A stretch of DNA of 62,097 nucleotides, the filler included, from Acidimicrobiia bacterium (GTDB lineage Bacteria > Actinomycetota > Acidimicrobiia > Spongiisociales > CAZKJJ01), in NCBI GenBank assembly GCA_046759765.1. It is 6 parts of 6 records of this genome, joined end to end, with 100 filler letters (N's around TTAATTAATTAA, not from the genome) between each part and the next. Parts side by side here need not be neighbours in the genome. Positions count along the whole stretch, not along the records: positions 52,027 to 62,097 come from JBHICV010000086.1; 5 more parts are not named here. The stretch is one strand, 5' to 3'. Shown one piece after another: positions 61,334 to 62,097 of the stretch; position 1 is the first letter of the stretch, and each line of letters opens with the position of its first letter. The position numbers were made by a program, and so were the translations under genes. Below the pieces are notes generated by a model, which was given only the letters and a program-made list of their open reading frames with translations, ran no database searches and had not been told where the DNA came from.

Positions 61334-61565
61334 GGTAGTTGAGATCAAAGGTGGCGCCGACCCGTACGTAACTGCGGCGATCATGGCGGCCCTTCAGGTG
61401 CTGTGGGACGAGGAGACCGAGGGTGTGGAAGGAGCAGGGCCGCTCACCCAGGCCGCTTGGGTCATGTCCGGGAGGGCCAGACGGCAGGTCGGCCCGCGCT
61501 CCGACGAGAGGCAAACCTCGCTTCGAGCAACGGAAGACAGGAATCGCCGTCGGGATACCAGGTAG
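61326..61565 (+). CDS. Small protein resembling acyl-CoA carboxylase epsilon subunit
   Basis: VEIKGGADPYVTAAIMAAL...AAWVMSGR pattern. Confidence 0.55.
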   Translation: MPEVVEIKGGADPYVTAAIMAALQVLWDEETEGVEGAGPLTQAAWVMSGRARRQVGPRSDERQTSLRATEDRNRRRDTR

Positions 61566-61567
61566 GT

Positions 61568-62097
61568 CTAGCTCACTCTTCCCGAGAGCTGACGCAGCTC
61601 GGGGGATCCAAGCAGCCATGACAACCCGAGGTAGATGCCCGCTATCACCGTACCACCGGCCGCAAACGCCAGCAGCGAGCTACCGAACGTCGGGCCGGTA
61701 GCTTCAAGGATCAGATCGGCCACCTTCCATCCGACAACTCCGGATATGATCCCGGCCCCGACGCTCCGGCCTAGCGTCAAGGTCATGCCCTCGACTCCTT
61801 TGAACCCGTTGCGACGGTGCCAGACAAGTGCGAGCGCGAAGGCATATCCCAGTATGGCCAACGAGCTGGCAAGGGCCAGGCCCGTCACTCCCATCATGTC
61901 CGGTTGGGAGAGCCAGACCATCAGCGGAATAGCCACGAGCGTGGCAGTAGTCCCGATCAGAACGGGTGTCCACATCTGCTTACGAGCGTAAAAGCCGCGG
62001 GCGTAGATCTGCTGTAGCCCCCAAGCGGTGATCGAGAGGCTGAACAGCACCAAGGCCGAGGCGGTGAGGACGGTGGCTTCGGGGGTGAAGTTGGCCC
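61568..62097 (-). CDS. murJ: Lipid II flippase MurJ, C-terminal part
   Basis: ARGFYARKQMWTPV, GVTGLALASS; runs off the window edge. Confidence 0.85.
   Translation of the reverse strand, partial: ANFTPEATVLTASALVLFSLSITAWGLQQIYARGFYARKQMWTPVLIGTTATLVAIPLMVWLSQPDMMGVTGLALASSLAILGYAFALALVWHRRNGFKGVEGMTLTLGRSVGAGIISGVVGWKVADLILEATGPTFGSSLLAFAAGGTVIAGIYLGLSWLLGSPELRQLSGRVS

Overview
This window is not continuous DNA. It is six ~10-kb contigs of decreasing size joined by 100-nt N/TTAATTAATTAA linkers at 10437-10536, 20893-20992, 31308-31407, 41620-41719 and 51927-52026, so adjacency across linkers means nothing. The DNA is GC-rich, and the gene content and promoter motifs suggest an actinobacterium, probably an Acidimicrobiia-like MAG (inference). 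Contig 1 has an Rrf2 regulator, P450, ferredoxin and an unusual USP-USP-Rieske-Fe/S-CDGSH fusion, divergent from an A2-type cytochrome c oxidase operon with two cupredoxins. Contig 2 has an aminobenzoate/salicylate-CoA type catabolic cluster with GS-like and NicX-like genes. Contig 3 has a Cache-domain-fused pentameric ligand-gated ion channel (partial), a cupredoxin-fused NirK behind a frameshifted Rrf2, and a GMC oxidoreductase. Contig 4 has three degenerate tRNA-Glu 3'-end repeats delimiting gene blocks, an ETF beta-alpha fusion, PFOR with a DHOD-like gene, and a DUF222 element with DNA-damage promoter motifs. Contig 5 has an uncharacterised 19-residue-repeat protein/membrane protein pair and a mercury-resistance/thiol-redox island (merA, ArsR, Cys-bearing ECF sigma, 22-aa Cys micropeptide) ending at a tRNA-Val att site. 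Contig 6 is housekeeping (ABC-2, dnaX-ybaB-recR, glpX, thiolase, mce, murJ). The best candidates for new biology are the tRNA-Glu repeat cassette array, the USP-Fe/S fusion, the Cache-pLGIC and the 19-aa repeat system. All family assignments come from motif recognition by eye, without database searches.
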